Origin: Candidatus Limnocylindria bacterium
GTDB lineage: Bacteria; Chloroflexota; Limnocylindria; P2-11E
DNA: 64,000 nucleotides
NCBI GenBank assembly: GCA_036002305.1
Contig: DASYTL010000039.1
Location: 185,604 to 249,603 of the forward strand
Reading direction: 5' to 3'
Numbering within the stretch: position 1 is the first letter of the stretch; each line of letters opens with the position of its first letter. Of the stretch, positions 63,448-64,000 are shown in pieces. The notes under the pieces are model-generated. The model had not been told where the DNA came from. It made no database searches and saw only the letters and a list, made by a program, of their open reading frames with translations. The position numbers were made by a program, and so were the translations under genes.

Positions 63448-64000
63448 GTGACGAACGCAGACGGCGACCTCGCGGAGTTTCCCGAGGTCGCCGTCGTGCT
63501 TGGTGGAGGCATTTCGGCCGACGGCGCACCGTCCCCCTCGACCGTGGCGCGCGCTCGCGCCGCGGCGCAGCTCGCGCGTCGGCGACCGCAGCTCGCGGTG
63601 ATCGCGTCGGGCAGCCACGGCAACGGCCCGGTCCCCGCGCGGAGCGAGGCCACGGTGATATCCGAGCTCTTGGTCGAGGCCGGGGTCGCGCGTGAGCGGA
63701 TCTTCCTCGAGGAGCGTTCGCGCGACACCATCGGCAACGCGGTCGAGGTCGCGAGCCGCTACCTGGCGCCGATCGATCCTCGGCCGCTCTATCTGGTCAC
63801 CTCGCCGTTCCACCTCGAACGGGCCCTCGTCGCGTTCCGCAGCGTGCTGGGCTTCGCCTGGCAGGTGCAAGCCGTGTCAGCGGAAGACACCGACGATGAT
63901 CGCGCGCGCGCGAACGCCGAGACTGGCTTTCTCCAAGAGACCTTCGCCTTCTTCCAGGGGACGCGCCCGGGCGACCTCGCCATGATCGAGAAGCGCTTCC
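63448..64000 (+). CDS. DUF218 (YdcF/SanA-like) domain protein, 3'-truncated by window end
   Basis: Not in the supplied track because it runs off the window. My translation from GTG ~63448 gives VVLGGGISADG...IASGSHGNG...ERSRDTIGNAVEV...LVTSPFHLERA, matching the DUF218 core pattern. Confidence 0.55.
   Translation, partial: MTNADGDLAEFPEVAVVLGGGISADGAPSPSTVARARAAAQLARRRPQLAVIASGSHGNGPVPARSEATVISELLVEAGVARERIFLEERSRDTIGNAVEVASRYLAPIDPRPLYLVTSPFHLERALVAFRSVLGFAWQVQAVSAEDTDDDRARANAETGFLQETFAFFQGTRPGDLAMIEKRF

Noticed and set aside
1-64000. CRISPR arrays, rRNA and tRNA genes
   Set aside because: No array of regularly spaced direct repeats was seen. A scan of intergenic regions for tRNA T-arm consensus (GGTTCGAATCC-like) and for rRNA-like conserved blocks found nothing.

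Overview
High-GC (about 70%) bacterial chromosome segment, most consistent with Actinomycetota. The lineage call rests on the coenzyme F420 genes (cofE, fgd, several LLM and PPOX family enzymes) and the lhr-nei helicase/glycosylase pair. Genes are densely packed, and many neighbours have overlapping stop/start codons (ATGA, GTGA, TGATG).

Main blocks, in order:
1. A sulfite-oxidase-family molybdoenzyme and a class III nucleotide cyclase fusion.
2. A translationally coupled operon of 8 to 9 genes for peptidoglycan amino-sugar recycling: nagZ, a beta-lactamase-fold hydrolase, anmK, a BadF-type sugar kinase, murQ, a YdjC deacetylase, a URO-D-like protein and a GHL10-like protein.
3. An accessory patch: a secreted protein, an XRE regulator, a SIS-domain enzyme, a NERD-domain protein, a PIG-L deacetylase and a two-component pair.
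4. A small-protein cluster (two overlapping GNAT genes and a zinc-ribbon protein), then a secreted ComEC-type MBL plus lamin-tail-domain protein with an SH3b lipoprotein.
5. An F420 island (PPOX, cofE, fgd, PPOX, LLM) interrupted at a stop codon by an IS481-family insertion sequence.
6. A CGNR regulator, an aminotransferase, another LLM enzyme and pntAA-pntAB-pntB.
7. A response regulator with a degenerate receiver domain, then a mosaic of gene-end remnants.
8. The nei and lhr genes, an LLM enzyme, a DinB-like protein and a frameshifted HerA-like ATPase.
9. A reductive pyrimidine/hydantoin catabolism set (dihydropyrimidinase, aldehyde dehydrogenase, beta-ureidopropionase-like hydrolase, NCS1 permease). 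It is split by a HEPN/MNT toxin-antitoxin module that carries a perfect palindromic operator.
10. Three ABC transporter operons and a DUF218-like gene truncated by the window end.

No rRNA, tRNA or CRISPR array was recognised.

The most unusual directly visible features:
- A repeated segment of about 85 bp (NCS1 3' end plus terminator hairpin) brackets an ABC transporter cassette that lacks an ATPase gene.
- A junction at about 33.4 to 33.6 kb is built from degenerate copies of the pntB and nei 3' ends.
- The IS481-family element sits exactly on the TAG stop of an LLM gene.
- The HEPN/MNT module has a perfect 14-bp inverted repeat directly upstream of its start.

Coordinates I derived by hand (repeats, hairpins, IS ends, re-called starts) may be off by 1 to 2 nt.
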